DNA from: a virus
Taxonomy: Duplodnaviria; Caudoviricetes
Reading direction: 5' to 3' (one strand)
Virus record (IMG/VR): IMGVR_UViG_3300025389_001063
DNA length: 64,000 nt
The number at the start of each line of letters is the position of its first letter. Position 1 is the stretch's first letter. Positions 7,605 to 20,824 of the stretch are shown piece by piece. The notes under the pieces are model-generated. The model saw only the letters and a program-made list of their open reading frames with translations, was not told where the DNA came from and ran no database searches. A program made the position numbers and the translations under genes.

Positions 7605-10547
7605 ATGTCAACAACTATACAATTAAGAAGAGATACAGCAGCAAATTGGACATCCTACAATCCAGTTCTTGCGATAGGTGAACTTGGTATCGAAACTGAT
7701 ACACATAAAATTAAAATAGGTGACGGTTCTACTGCTTGGAATAGTTTATCATATAATCTTGGATATGTTTTACCATCAGCAACAACATCAGTATTAGGTG
7801 GTGTTATTATTCCAACTGTTGTTACAAGTGGTATCACTAATTCAAGTGGTACTATCGGTCTTGCTACAGCAAGCACAACACAATTGGGTGGTGTTAAGAT
7901 TGACGGAACAACTATCACAATTAATAATGGAGTTATCAGTAGTGCAGTTGCATATTCATTACCAAATGCAAGCACAACACAATTGGGTGGTGTAATTGTG
8001 CCAGCAGTTGCTACAAGTGGAATTACTAATTCGAGTGGTACTATCGGTCTTGCTACATCATCAACAACACAATTAGGTGGTGTCAAGGTAGATGGTACTA
8101 CAATTACTATAAATGGTAGTGGTGTTATAAGTGCTACGTATACATTACCTACAGCATCAACATTAATACTAGGCGGTGTTAAGATAGATGGTACTACAAT
8201 TACTATAAATGGTAGTGGTGTTATAAGTGCTACATATACATTACCTGCTGCTACAACTTCAGTATTAGGTGGTGTTATTATTCCAGCAGTTGCTACAAGT
8301 GGAATTACTAATTCGAGTGGTACTATCGGTCTTGCTACATCATCAACAACACAATTAGGTGGTGTTATTATTCCAGCAGTTGCTACAAGTGGTATCACCA
8401 ATTCAAGTGGTACTATTGGTCTTGCTACATCATCAACAACACAATTAGGTGGTGTAATTGTGCCAGCAGTTGCTACAAGTGGTATCACCAATTCAAGTGG
8501 TACTATTGGTCTTGCTACATCATCAACAACACAATTAGGTGGTGTTAAGATTGATGGTACTACAATTACTATAAATGGTAGTGGTGTTATAAGTTCTCCT
8601 TATACATATACATTACCTGCTAGTACAACTTCACTATTAGGTGGTGTTATCATTCCAGCAGTTGCTACAAGTGGAATTACTAATTCGAGTGGTACTATCG
8701 GTCTTGCTACATCATCAACAACACAATTAGGTGGTGTTAAGATTGATGGTACTACAATTACTATAAATGGTAGTGGTGTTATAAGTTCTCCTTATACATA
8801 TACATTACCTGCTAGTACAACTTCACTATTAGGTGGTGTTATCATTCCAGCAGTTGCTACAAGTGGAATTACTAATTCGAGTGGTACTATCGGTCTTGCT
8901 ACATCATCAACAACACAATTAGGTGGTGTTAAGATTGATGGTACTACAATTACTATAAATGGTAGTGGTGTTATAAGTGCAACACTACCTGCTAGTACAA
9001 CTTCACTATTAGGTGGTGTTATTATTCCAGCAGTTGCTACAAGTGGTATCACCAATTCAAGTGGTACTATCGGTCTTGCTACATCATCGACAACACAATT
9101 AGGTGGTGTTATAATAGATGGTACTACAATTACTATAAATGGTAGTGGTGTTATATCGGGTTTTAGTCCAGATAAAGCAACTCAAAATGTAATAGTAGGA
9201 TCTGGAGCATTATCTGCTTTAACAACTGGTAGTAATAGTACTTCGGTTGGTTACCAATCATTATATCGTAATACTATAGGTTCTGGAAATTCTTCTTTTG
9301 GATCTCAATCTCTATTTTTTAATTTATCAGGATCAAATAATACAGCAATAGGTTATCAATCACTTTATACTAATACAAATGGTTCTAGCAATGTTGCTGT
9401 TGGATATCAGTCATTATATACTGCTAACGGAACACAATATAATGCCGCAGTTGGTTATCAAGCATTATATTCAGTTGTTACTGGTGATTATAATAATGCA
9501 TTTGGTTATCAAGCACTCTATAATAACACTACTGGAGCAAACAATACTGCGGTAGGTTACCAATCACTATTTTCAAATACTACTGGTTACAATAATATCG
9601 CGATTGGTTATTATGCACTATTTTCAAATACTACTGGTAATTTTAATCATGCAGATGGTTATGCAGCACTTTATAATAATACTACCGGCAGTAATAATGA
9701 AGCATTTGGATATCAAGCACTTTATACTAATACTACCGGTTATGGTAATACAGCTGTTGGTCAAGGATCACTGTATTCAAATACTACTGGATATAATAAT
9801 CATTCGATTGGATACCAAGCACTTTATTCAAATACTTATGGTTATGCTAATCATGCTGATGGTATAGGAGCACTTTATTCAAATACTACAGGTGCTCAAA
9901 ATACTGCAATCGGTTGGCATTCCCTTTTCACAAATCAAACTGGTCAAAATAATGTTGCTGTTGGTTATCAAGCATTAACTGCCGCTAATGGCACACAGTA
10001 TAATTCTGCTTTCGGTTATCAATCACTTTATGCTAATACTACAGGTGATCAAAATACTGCTGTTGGATATAGTGCAGGAAGTAATATAACAACTGGAACT
10101 AATAATACTGTTATAGGTTATAATTCACAAGCAAGTTCCGCTACAGCAACTAACGAAATAACACTAGGTAATTCTAGCATAGCAACACTTCGTTGTCAAG
10201 TAACTACTATTACATCTCTATCTGATATGAGAGATAAAACAAATATTACAAACATCACTTATGGTTTAGATTTTATTAATAAATTAAGACCAGTTCAATT
10301 TGAATGGAATTCTCGTGATGGATCTAAAGTTGGCGTAAAGGACCTTGGTTTTATTGCTCAAGATTTAGATCAACTAGAACAAGATTTTGATTCACAAGAT
10401 TATACTCAATTAGTATACAAAGAAAATCTAGATAGGTTAGAGGCGAATTATATGAGATCTTATCCAATTCTAGTTAAAGCAGTTCAAGAACTTTCTACCG
10501 AAGTTGAGCGTCTAAAAAATATTATTAAGAACATGGGAAACATCTAA
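7605..10547 (+). CDS. Tail fibre/spike: Mtd_N-like head, repetitive stalk, 14-aa beta-helix repeats, C-terminal S74 intramolecular chaperone
   Basis: IQLRRDTAANW...GELGIETDT.KIKIGDG; repeated [20 protein letters not shown]; NNTAVGYQSLY repeats; SDMRDKTNI...LRPVQFEWN followed by coiled coil. Confidence 0.8.
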   Translation: MSTTIQLRRDTAANWTSYNPVLAIGELGIETDTHKIKIGDGSTAWNSLSYNLGYVLPSATTSVLGGVIIPTVVTSGITNSSGTIGLATASTTQLGGVKIDGTTITINNGVISSAVAYSLPNASTTQLGGVIVPAVATSGITNSSGTIGLATSSTTQLGGVKVDGTTITINGSGVISATYTLPTASTLILGGVKIDGTTITINGSGVISATYTLPAATTSVLGGVIIPAVATSGITNSSGTIGLATSSTTQLGGVIIPAVATSGITNSSGTIGLATSSTTQLGGVIVPAVATSGITNSSGTIGLATSSTTQLGGVKIDGTTITINGSGVISSPYTYTLPASTTSLLGGVIIPAVATSGITNSSGTIGLATSSTTQLGGVKIDGTTITINGSGVISSPYTYTLPASTTSLLGGVIIPAVATSGITNSSGTIGLATSSTTQLGGVKIDGTTITINGSGVISATLPASTTSLLGGVIIPAVATSGITNSSGTIGLATSSTTQLGGVIIDGTTITINGSGVISGFSPDKATQNVIVGSGALSALTTGSNSTSVGYQSLYRNTIGSGNSSFGSQSLFFNLSGSNNTAIGYQSLYTNTNGSSNVAVGYQSLYTANGTQYNAAVGYQALYSVVTGDYNNAFGYQALYNNTTGANNTAVGYQSLFSNTTGYNNIAIGYYALFSNTTGNFNHADGYAALYNNTTGSNNEAFGYQALYTNTTGYGNTAVGQGSLYSNTTGYNNHSIGYQALYSNTYGYANHADGIGALYSNTTGAQNTAIGWHSLFTNQTGQNNVAVGYQALTAANGTQYNSAFGYQSLYANTTGDQNTAVGYSAGSNITTGTNNTVIGYNSQASSATATNEITLGNSSIATLRCQVTTITSLSDMRDKTNITNITYGLDFINKLRPVQFEWNSRDGSKVGVKDLGFIAQDLDQLEQDFDSQDYTQLVYKENLDRLEANYMRSYPILVKAVQELSTEVERLKNIIKNMGNI
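8508..8978 (+). repeat. Perfect 192-nt tandem repeat (about 2.4 copies) inside fibre gene
   Basis: Bases 8581-8772 are identical to 8773-8964 by direct reading; identity extends 8508-8978. Confidence 0.85.
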
Positions 10548-10575
10548 ATATCCTATTAGTTTAAAGGAAATAAAG

Positions 10576-11229
10576 ATGAGAACTGTTATGATTGCTGCTC
10601 CTTCCCACGACGGCAAAGTTAATGTATGGCATGCTTCTGCTTTAAGTGAAACTTGTAAAATTGGCTTAACAAAAGATATTAATGTAGTGGCAATTTATAT
10701 GTCATTTGATTCTCTAGTTCAAAGAGCAAGAAATGATATTTTTAAATTAGCAGTTGAAACTAATGTTGATGATTTAGTTTTTATTGATTGTGATCAAGAT
10801 TGGGATCCAAATGATTTCTTTAAATTATTAAATTATGATGTAGAAATAGTTGCTGCTCCAGTACCTAAAAAAGATGACATTCCTCAATATAATGTAAAAT
10901 TATTGGGAGAATATAAGGTTTTAGATAACGGACTTGTTGAAGTTGACGGAATAGGTACTGGGATGATGCGTATTCGTAAAGATGCACTTCAAAAAATTTG
11001 GGAAATAAGCGAAGAATATAAAGAAATACATAAGGAAACACCGTCTAGAATGGTATTTGATGTTAAGGTTGTTGACGGAGAACTTTGGTCTGAGGATATT
11101 ATTTTTTGTAATAAATGGACAAAATTGGGTGGTAAAATTTACATAGATCCAAGTATAAATTGTGGACACTCTGGAGAAAAAAGATGGGTTGGCAATTTTA
11201 GTGAATGGATAAAACTAATTAAAAGGTAA
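10576..11229 (+). CDS. GT-A fold glycosyltransferase-like protein
   Basis: VQRARN..., LVFIDCD (DxD), GTGMMRI, SEDIIFC and GHSG motifs. Confidence 0.7.
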   Translation: MRTVMIAAPSHDGKVNVWHASALSETCKIGLTKDINVVAIYMSFDSLVQRARNDIFKLAVETNVDDLVFIDCDQDWDPNDFFKLLNYDVEIVAAPVPKKDDIPQYNVKLLGEYKVLDNGLVEVDGIGTGMMRIRKDALQKIWEISEEYKEIHKETPSRMVFDVKVVDGELWSEDIIFCNKWTKLGGKIYIDPSINCGHSGEKRWVGNFSEWIKLIKR

Positions 11230-11264
11230 TATCTATCTTTAATTAATTAAGGATAAATATTGAA

Positions 11265-13505
<2,241 letters not shown>

Positions 13506-13514
13506 GAGTTGTAA

Positions 13515-14495
13515 ATGCCAAGTATTATAACAACAGGAACAATGTCAGCAAAGGCATTTGGGTTTGCTGCTAATCTTTTTAAACTTATTCCTAGTGTCTA
13601 TACGGCTAATGGTGGTAACGATACCTTATCCAAGATTACTGCTGCTGGTACGGTTACCCAAGCATGGGCCACATTGGCTAGTGGTGCTAGTCCGGATGCA
13701 ATAGCAATAGATAGTTCTGGTAACATCTACACAGCTAATTATGGTCATGGTATTGATACTGTATCCAAGATTACTGCTGCTGGTACGGTTACCCAAGCAT
13801 GGGCCACATTGGCTAGTGGTGCTAGTCCAGTTGGAATAGCAATAGATAGTTCTGGTAATGTTTATACGGCTAATGGTGGTAACAATACTATATCCAAAAT
13901 TACACCTGGTGGTACGGTTACCCAGGCATGGGCTACATTGGCTAGTGATGCTAATCTACAAGGAATAGCAATAGATAGTTCCGGTAATGTTTATACGACT
14001 AATTATAATAACAATACCGTGTCTAAGATTACATCATCTGGTACGGTTACTCAAGCATGGGCTACATTGGCTAGTGGTGCTAATCCAGTTGGAATAGCAA
14101 TAGATAGTTCTGGTAATGTTTATACGACTAATAATGGTAACTATACTGTATCCAAGATTACACCTGCTGGTGCAGTTACCCAAGCATGGGCCACGTTGGC
14201 TACTGATGCTGCTCCATATGGAATAGCAGTAGATAGTTCTGGTAATGTTTATACTGCTAATGTAGGTCTTGATACTGTATCCAAGATTACTCCTGCTGGT
14301 GCAGTTACCCAGGCATGGGCAACATTGGCTACTGGTGCTTATCCACAAGGAATAGCAATAGATAGTTCTGGTAATGTTTACACGACTAATGTAGGTCTTG
14401 ATACTGTATCCAAGATTACTCCTGCTGGTGCAGTTACCCAGGCATGGGCAACATTGGCTACTGGTGCTAGTCCATATGCAATAGCAATACACTAA
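13515..14495 (+). CDS. NHL/Vgb-like beta-propeller, seven ~43-aa blades
   Basis: Seven copies of SKITxxGxVTQAWATLAxxAxPxGIAIDSSGNVYTxN. Confidence 0.8.
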   Translation: MPSIITTGTMSAKAFGFAANLFKLIPSVYTANGGNDTLSKITAAGTVTQAWATLASGASPDAIAIDSSGNIYTANYGHGIDTVSKITAAGTVTQAWATLASGASPVGIAIDSSGNVYTANGGNNTISKITPGGTVTQAWATLASDANLQGIAIDSSGNVYTTNYNNNTVSKITSSGTVTQAWATLASGANPVGIAIDSSGNVYTTNNGNYTVSKITPAGAVTQAWATLATDAAPYGIAVDSSGNVYTANVGLDTVSKITPAGAVTQAWATLATGAYPQGIAIDSSGNVYTTNVGLDTVSKITPAGAVTQAWATLATGASPYAIAIH

Positions 14496-14535
14496 AATAA
14501 ATATTACTTGAAAAACTCAGTCTAGGAACAGAATA

Positions 14536-15054
14536 ATGGTCGATATTAAAACAATATTAAAAAGTGGAACAGTTGTGGGGCCAACCGGACCAACTGGACC
14601 GGCTAGCGGACCTACTGGACCTACAGGATGGACTGGACCTAGTGTAACTGGACCAACTGGAGCAGCAAGTACAGTTACTGGACCTACAGGATGGACTGGA
14701 CCTACAGGATGGACTGGACCTGGTATAACTGGACCAACTGGTCCAGTAACTACCACTGTTCCAATTGTAGCAGTTTCTGCTTTAAACATCGATTGTTCAA
14801 CTGGTAGTTATTTTACTAAAACTATTGCCTCTGATAGTACTTTTACTTTTTCTAATGCACCGTCGAGTGTTGCATATTCGTTTACTCTAGAACTGACTCA
14901 TAATTCGGGAAATATTACATGGCCTACTTCGGTTGTTTGGCCAGGAAGTTCATCACCACAATTAACAACAGGAAAAATACATCTTTTTATGTTTGTTACT
15001 TCAAATTCTGGAACAATTTGGAGAGCATCATCATTAATAAACTATGCAAGTTAA
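14536..15054 (+). CDS. Short collagen-like fibre protein with C-terminal beta domain
   Basis: GPTGWT repeats, then [13 protein letters not shown]...ITWPTSVVW. Confidence 0.7.
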   Translation: MVDIKTILKSGTVVGPTGPTGPASGPTGPTGWTGPSVTGPTGAASTVTGPTGWTGPTGWTGPGITGPTGPVTTTVPIVAVSALNIDCSTGSYFTKTIASDSTFTFSNAPSSVAYSFTLELTHNSGNITWPTSVVWPGSSSPQLTTGKIHLFMFVTSNSGTIWRASSLINYAS

Positions 15055-15064
15055 AGGTAGATAG

Positions 15065-16924
15065 ATGGATATTGTTTCTAAAAGATTGTTAAATTCTACT
15101 GGATCTCCTGCAGAATATTGGACTTATATTGGATCAACATCAAGCGGTGGAATAATAGCATCAGTTCCTTTTACAATAAATTTTCCAACTGGAACTCGAT
15201 CAGGTGATACTGTAGTTTTAATTGAAATGTGTAATGCTCAAAGTGTTCCCCTAAACTCTGGATGGTCTAACGCAGTTTCTCCTTGGGTTGATGTTTTAGT
15301 TAATATTTCTTCTTCTTCAAATCATTATGTATCAGTAAAAGTATTACCAACAGTAACATCACAAACATCAATTACATATAGTGATACTTCTACTCCAGCA
15401 GGATGTGTTTTTATGTATACGTTTAGGCCTTTTAACTTTAATCCTTCTAACTATACAACTATACCATTAATTAACGACATATCAACTTATACTCTTTCTG
15501 GTTACTCTAATTCTCCTCAACAACCTACTTTAGTAACAAATAGCAATCAAAATTATATTATAACATTTGCATCTGGTAGCGAAACTGGTAATCTTAACAC
15601 AACAGGACCTGGAGTATTTTCAAACAATCTTAATATAACTGATTCTACAAATAATGGAGAATATGCTACATCTATAACCTTACAAAAATATTCAGGTACA
15701 ATCTCACCTGGAAATCTTACAAATGGACAAATTCTTTTCCCAATTTTAGGAACTATATCACTAAGGGCAGGAAAAAATGTATTAGGGAGTAGTGTTCAAT
15801 TTTCTGCATCTAATGTTTATTTAGGAGGATTGATTACACAAAGTTCTACAATTACCATATACACAGAATCCTCTGATCCTATTAATATTACTATAAGTGG
15901 TGGCAATAATTCTCAGTTTCAAATTAACGGAGGATCGTGGGTTACATCGGGAAAAATTACTAATGGAAGTACATTAACATTACAACAAACATCAGTAACT
16001 GGAACTTTAGGAACAACAGTGAGCTCAACAGCTACAGTAACAATAGGATCGATTAGTAGTAATTGGACTTTAAATACCGTTAGAGGAATTGTTCTCAAAG
16101 GAACTACTACTGCTGATGTAAGTCAAACTATAGTTGTACCTACTGGACTAACATCTATGTCTGTTGTCGGAACAGGAGGTGGTGGTGGTGGTGGCGCTCC
16201 GGAAGGTGCTAGTCCATTTTATAGTGGCGGCGGCGGCGGAGGTGGTGCAATGTCTATTACACCGTCACTTTCTGTTTCGGCAGGGCAAACTTTAGTTATA
16301 ACAGCCGGTAGAGGTGGTAGTAATGCAGGTAGCGTTAAGGCAGCAGGCGGTAATGGTGGCAATAGCACAATCGTTATTAATGGAACAACTGTTTGGAAAG
16401 CTGAAGGAGGAAAAGGCGGAGCCGGCGGAAATAGTCTTAATCCTGTTGGAACTGGTCTAGGAGGTGTTGGAGGTGCCGCAGCTAATTCTATAGGAACTAC
16501 AACAAATTCTGGCGGTAACGGCGGCTACGGCGGAAACGGTAGACCATGGAATAGTGGTAGCAATGTTGGAGGCGGTGGAGCAGGCGGGTATACTGGTGCT
16601 GGTGGAGCAGGCGGAAACCAGTTAGTATATACAGGACAACCTAGTAACATTATACAACCTGGATCAGCAGGCTCTGGGGGTGCTGCAGGAGGTGGAGCAG
16701 GATCAGCTCAAGCAGGATGCGGAGGCGGCGGCACAGGAGTTAGCGGTGCCGGTGCTAGTGGATCTGGGTCAACTGGAACTTATAGTCCTAACAATGTAGG
16801 TTCTCCAGACGCATATGCTACATCTGGTGGTAGTTATGCAGGAGGAACATCTGGCGGCGGAGGCTGCGGCAATAATCTTGCATCAAATTATGGTGGTCCA
16901 GGTGTTGTTAGATTAGTGTGGTAA
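15065..16924 (+). CDS. Gly-rich fibre-associated protein
   Basis: Thr/Ser-rich beta region then long GGGGG-rich C-terminal domain ending GPGVVRLVW. Confidence 0.6.
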   Translation: MDIVSKRLLNSTGSPAEYWTYIGSTSSGGIIASVPFTINFPTGTRSGDTVVLIEMCNAQSVPLNSGWSNAVSPWVDVLVNISSSSNHYVSVKVLPTVTSQTSITYSDTSTPAGCVFMYTFRPFNFNPSNYTTIPLINDISTYTLSGYSNSPQQPTLVTNSNQNYIITFASGSETGNLNTTGPGVFSNNLNITDSTNNGEYATSITLQKYSGTISPGNLTNGQILFPILGTISLRAGKNVLGSSVQFSASNVYLGGLITQSSTITIYTESSDPINITISGGNNSQFQINGGSWVTSGKITNGSTLTLQQTSVTGTLGTTVSSTATVTIGSISSNWTLNTVRGIVLKGTTTADVSQTIVVPTGLTSMSVVGTGGGGGGGAPEGASPFYSGGGGGGGAMSITPSLSVSAGQTLVITAGRGGSNAGSVKAAGGNGGNSTIVINGTTVWKAEGGKGGAGGNSLNPVGTGLGGVGGAAANSIGTTTNSGGNGGYGGNGRPWNSGSNVGGGGAGGYTGAGGAGGNQLVYTGQPSNIIQPGSAGSGGAAGGGAGSAQAGCGGGGTGVSGAGASGSGSTGTYSPNNVGSPDAYATSGGSYAGGTSGGGGCGNNLASNYGGPGVVRLVW

Positions 16925-16937
16925 AAGGAAAAATATT

Positions 16938-17546
16938 ATGTATGCTAAAATTATAAACAATAAGGTAGTTGAATATCCAATTACAGAAGAACAAATTATA
17001 GAAGAATTTCCAAATACATCATTTTCTTCTCCGTTTATTCCTATTGATCCATATGTTCAAGTTTGGCCGACTGTTCCTAATAGCGTTCCGTATGATAAAA
17101 ATGTGATAGAATCTATACCAGTTTATGATAATAATAAATGGGTGCAATCTTGGATCATTACTGATATGTCTGACGAAACAAAATCTATTAAATTGGATCA
17201 GATTAAAAAACAGAAGATTTTAGAACTTGCTAGTATTAGAAGGTCAAAAGAATATAACGGTAAAGTTGTAGTTGATAATCACGGATACTATACAGACTCA
17301 AATAGTCAAAGTAAATATATTAGTGCTATAATTTCTTTACAAAATAACTCAGAGTTGAATATTAATTGGAAAACCGCTGAGGGAGATTTTGTTCCTCTAT
17401 CTTTAGAAGATCTCATCAAAATTAATAACGCTGTAAGAGAGTTTATTCAACGTCTTTTTGATGTTGAATTTACATTATCTAATAAAATTAACAGTTTAAC
17501 AGACGGCGACATGATTAATAAAATTGACCTAGAATCTAACTGGTAA
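16938..17546 (+). CDS. Tail-fibre assembly-like protein (DUF4376-like C-terminus)
   Basis: TDSNSQSKY...INWKTAEGDFVPLSLEDL pattern; follows fibre genes. Confidence 0.65.
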   Translation: MYAKIINNKVVEYPITEEQIIEEFPNTSFSSPFIPIDPYVQVWPTVPNSVPYDKNVIESIPVYDNNKWVQSWIITDMSDETKSIKLDQIKKQKILELASIRRSKEYNGKVVVDNHGYYTDSNSQSKYISAIISLQNNSELNINWKTAEGDFVPLSLEDLIKINNAVREFIQRLFDVEFTLSNKINSLTDGDMINKIDLESNW

Positions 17547-17615
17547 TTCTCCACCTAACAAAACCTCATTCTAATAAATTAAATAAACTAAATATACATA
17601 ATCAGGACTACAAAA

Positions 17616-19766
17616 ATGTCAACAACTATAAGACTTAGAAGAGATACATCAACAAGTTGGAGTACTAATAATCCAATTCTTGCCCTAGGCGAACCAGGAA
17701 TAGAAATCGATACTCATAGAATTAAGATAGGTGATGGTGTAACTCATTGGAATGATTTATTATATATTATTGACTATCTTTTGCCGCCAGCAACTACAGT
17801 ACAACAGGGTGGTGTTATTATTCCAGCAGTTGCTACAAGTGGTATTACTAATTCAAATGGTACTATTGGTCTTGCTACAGCAAGCACAACACAACTCGGT
17901 GGTGTTATTGTTCCAGCAGTTGCTACAAGTGGTATTACTAATTCAAATGGTACTATTAGTCTTGCTGTAGCATCAACAACACAACTTGGTGGTGTTATTG
18001 TTCCAGCAGTCGCTACAAGCGGTATTACCAATTCAAATGGTACTATTGGTCTTGCTATAGCATCAACAACACAACTTGGTGGTGTTCAAGTAGATAACTC
18101 AACTATCACAATTAATAATGGTATTATTAGTGCAGTACAATATTCATTACCACCAGCGGTTACATTTACACAAATTACTAGAAGTGGAAATGCATCAGCA
18201 ACAGCATGGACTACAAGCGGTATCGGAATAAAATCATCATCGTCAATATTTACTGATACATCTAGTACTAGTACTGTACCTATAACAGCAATTAATGCAT
18301 TTTCTCAACATACATTAGCATCTACAAACACAATAACAGTAACAGATGCTGCTACTCTTTATATTGCAGGTGGTCCTATTGCTGGAACTAATACAACTAT
18401 TACAAATAATGATGCTCTTTATGTAGCAGCAGGAACTACTAAGTTATTAGGTCCTGTATCTATAACTGGATCTAATGTAAGTACAACTATTAGTCCATCG
18501 GGAACAGGTAATGTTAACATTAGTCCATCGGGAACAGGTAATGTTACTATCAGTTCTTCAGGAACAGGAATAGTGTCAATTAATTCCAACTCTGTTGGTA
18601 CAATAGATAATATGACTATCGGTGGTACAACTCAGGCCACTGGATCTTTTACAAAAATAACAACACCTCAATTTGTTAGATCTGGTAGTCTTTCAGCACC
18701 AGCATGGACTACAAGCGGTGTTGCTCACCAATCTGTTTCAGGATCAACATTTACGGATACTTCAAGTACAGGTACTGTAGCAATTTCGGCAATTAATGGA
18801 TTTAATACACAAACACTAGCATCTACCAATACAATAACTGTTACTGATGCTGCTACCATTTATATCGGTGGTGCTCCTAGTGCTGGAACTAACACTACAA
18901 TCACTAATAGAAATTCTCTCTATGTAGCAAGTGGTATATCAAGATTTTTAGGTGCTGTAACTATTAATGGATCTAACGTAAATACAACCATTTCACCAAC
19001 AGGTACAGGTACAGTTACAATAAATCCAGCAACATTAAGTTCAATGGACAATGTTACAATTGGTGCTAATACTGCTGCCGGTGGAGCATTTACAACATTA
19101 ACAACATCTACAACTATTTCTTCAACTGATAATAGTACTCAGGCGGCAACAACATCATTTGTTAGAAATCAAGGAGGATTTAAACAGGTTTCTGTAATTA
19201 CTGCAAACGGAACTTGGACTATACCAACAGGTATTACAAAGGCCAAATTTACAGTTATTGGCGGCGGCGCAGGTGGCGGCGGCGCGGCCTCTAATGCTGG
19301 AAGCGGAGGTGGAGCAGGTGCAGTTGCTATTAAATGGTTAACAGGATTAACTCCAGGTAATACAATTACAGTTACAGTTGGTGGAGTTGCATCAGCAACA
19401 TCTATAGCAAGTGGTACACAGACTATCTCTACAGTCACAGCAGGTGCTGGCACACTAGGTACAACAACTGTTTATAGTAGCGCAGGTAGTGTAGCAGCAG
19501 GTGGTGCTGGTGGTACTGCATCTGGAGGAGATATTAACTTCTCTGGTGGAGCAGGGGGGCAAGCAATATCAACATCTACTACAATCACTGGAGCAATCTC
19601 CGGTGCAGGCGGAAGTACTGTTGGGTGGGGTGTTGGCGGAACTAGCGTAGGTGCTGCTACAAGTGCAGGTGTTGCTGGCAATGGATATGGTGCAGGCGGT
19701 AGCGGTTCTATTAATAGTACCAGTCCAGGCGTTGGAGTTACGGGCGCTATTATAATCGAATACTAA
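17616..19766 (+). CDS. Tail fibre: Mtd_N-like head, IPAVATSGITNS repeats, Gly-rich C-terminal domain
   Basis: N-terminal ~55 aa nearly identical to 11265 fibre; ends GAIIIEY. Confidence 0.75.
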   Translation: MSTTIRLRRDTSTSWSTNNPILALGEPGIEIDTHRIKIGDGVTHWNDLLYIIDYLLPPATTVQQGGVIIPAVATSGITNSNGTIGLATASTTQLGGVIVPAVATSGITNSNGTISLAVASTTQLGGVIVPAVATSGITNSNGTIGLAIASTTQLGGVQVDNSTITINNGIISAVQYSLPPAVTFTQITRSGNASATAWTTSGIGIKSSSSIFTDTSSTSTVPITAINAFSQHTLASTNTITVTDAATLYIAGGPIAGTNTTITNNDALYVAAGTTKLLGPVSITGSNVSTTISPSGTGNVNISPSGTGNVTISSSGTGIVSINSNSVGTIDNMTIGGTTQATGSFTKITTPQFVRSGSLSAPAWTTSGVAHQSVSGSTFTDTSSTGTVAISAINGFNTQTLASTNTITVTDAATIYIGGAPSAGTNTTITNRNSLYVASGISRFLGAVTINGSNVNTTISPTGTGTVTINPATLSSMDNVTIGANTAAGGAFTTLTTSTTISSTDNSTQAATTSFVRNQGGFKQVSVITANGTWTIPTGITKAKFTVIGGGAGGGGAASNAGSGGGAGAVAIKWLTGLTPGNTITVTVGGVASATSIASGTQTISTVTAGAGTLGTTTVYSSAGSVAAGGAGGTASGGDINFSGGAGGQAISTSTTITGAISGAGGSTVGWGVGGTSVGAATSAGVAGNGYGAGGSGSINSTSPGVGVTGAIIIEY

Positions 19767-19774
19767 TATTTAGA

Positions 19775-19803
19775 TTGACAAGAATCATTTTTTAATGTAA
19801 ATT
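19775..19803 (+). promoter_or_regulatory. Sigma70-like promoter of dNMP kinase
   Basis: TTGACA-N17-TAAATT, ATG 5 nt later. Confidence 0.55.
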
Positions 19804-19808
19804 TTAGT

Positions 19809-20393
19809 ATGATCATTGGAATTTGTGGACTTATTAGCAGCGGCAAAGGTACTGTTGCAGATCTTCTTGTAGATGAATATGGCTTTAAAAAGCTCAGTTT
19901 TGCTGATTCTCTAAAAGACGGTGTAGCAGCAATGTTTGATTGGCCAAGAAATCTTCTCGAAGGCGATACTGAAGAAAGTCGCGAATGGAGAGAAATTCCA
20001 GATACTTTTTGGACTAATGAAATTGGTAAAGAAATTACTCCAAGACTAGTTTTACAACTTGTTGGCACTGAGTGTATGAGAGATGGATTTTTTGATGGTA
20101 TTTGGGTTAGTTTTGTTAAAAAGAAATTAATAAGATTTCCGCAGCAAAAATGGGTTATTCCTGATACAAGATTTCCAAATGAAATAGATATGATAAGATC
20201 AGTAGGTGGACAAATTTGGCGTGTTAAAAGAGGAATTGATCCAGATTGGGTTAATTCTTTTATTAACGAAAATATAGAACCACCAGATGTGCATCCTAGT
20301 GAGTTTAAATGGATTAAATCGAGATTTGATCAAGTTATAGAAAATGAAGGAACTATTGACGATCTTAGAAATCAGATCTTAAGTCTCCTTTAA
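19809..20393 (+). CDS. gp1: Deoxynucleoside monophosphate kinase (T4 gp1-like)
   Basis: IIGICGLISSGKGT P-loop, SFADSLKD, PRLVLQLVGTE.MR, VIPDTRFPNE, HPSE. Confidence 0.9.
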   Translation: MIIGICGLISSGKGTVADLLVDEYGFKKLSFADSLKDGVAAMFDWPRNLLEGDTEESREWREIPDTFWTNEIGKEITPRLVLQLVGTECMRDGFFDGIWVSFVKKKLIRFPQQKWVIPDTRFPNEIDMIRSVGGQIWRVKRGIDPDWVNSFINENIEPPDVHPSEFKWIKSRFDQVIENEGTIDDLRNQILSLL

Positions 20394-20682
20394 GAATAGT
20401 AATTTTACTAGTTTTATTAAATGATATTTCACAATTGAGACAAACTGTTCTATATTTTTCTTGAAATGTTATTACATTTAATTGTTCTTGATATTTGGCA
20501 ACAAAACCACAACTTTCACATTTAAATTTTTTCTTATATCCATCTTGCTGCCATTGAGGTTTTATATTTTTACGTTTTTCTATTATACATGGATCACATA
20601 AGCGCCTGTAAAAAGTCTTTTCATCCTTTTTATAATTAATTGCTTTAGGATTTTTGCCGCATCGTTCGCACAATTCTCTCAT
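20365..20682 (-). CDS. Small Cys-rich zinc-binding protein
   Basis: Four CxxC pairs (CERC, CDPC, CESC, CLNC); TAAATA 4 nt upstream. Confidence 0.6.
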   Translation of the reverse strand: MRELCERCGKNPKAINYKKDEKTFYRRLCDPCIIEKRKNIKPQWQQDGYKKKFKCESCGFVAKYQEQLNVITFQEKYRTVCLNCEISFNKTSKITILKGDLRSDF

Positions 20683-20824
20683 ACCATATTTATGGCACCT
20701 TTAGACACCTTTAGTCTTATTAATTGATACCTTTATGATACCTTTATCGGTATTGTAACTACGTTTTTTATGACCCTACGACTAAATATTACTAAGAAGT
20801 CTGTAATAACACAGGAGATTAAAA

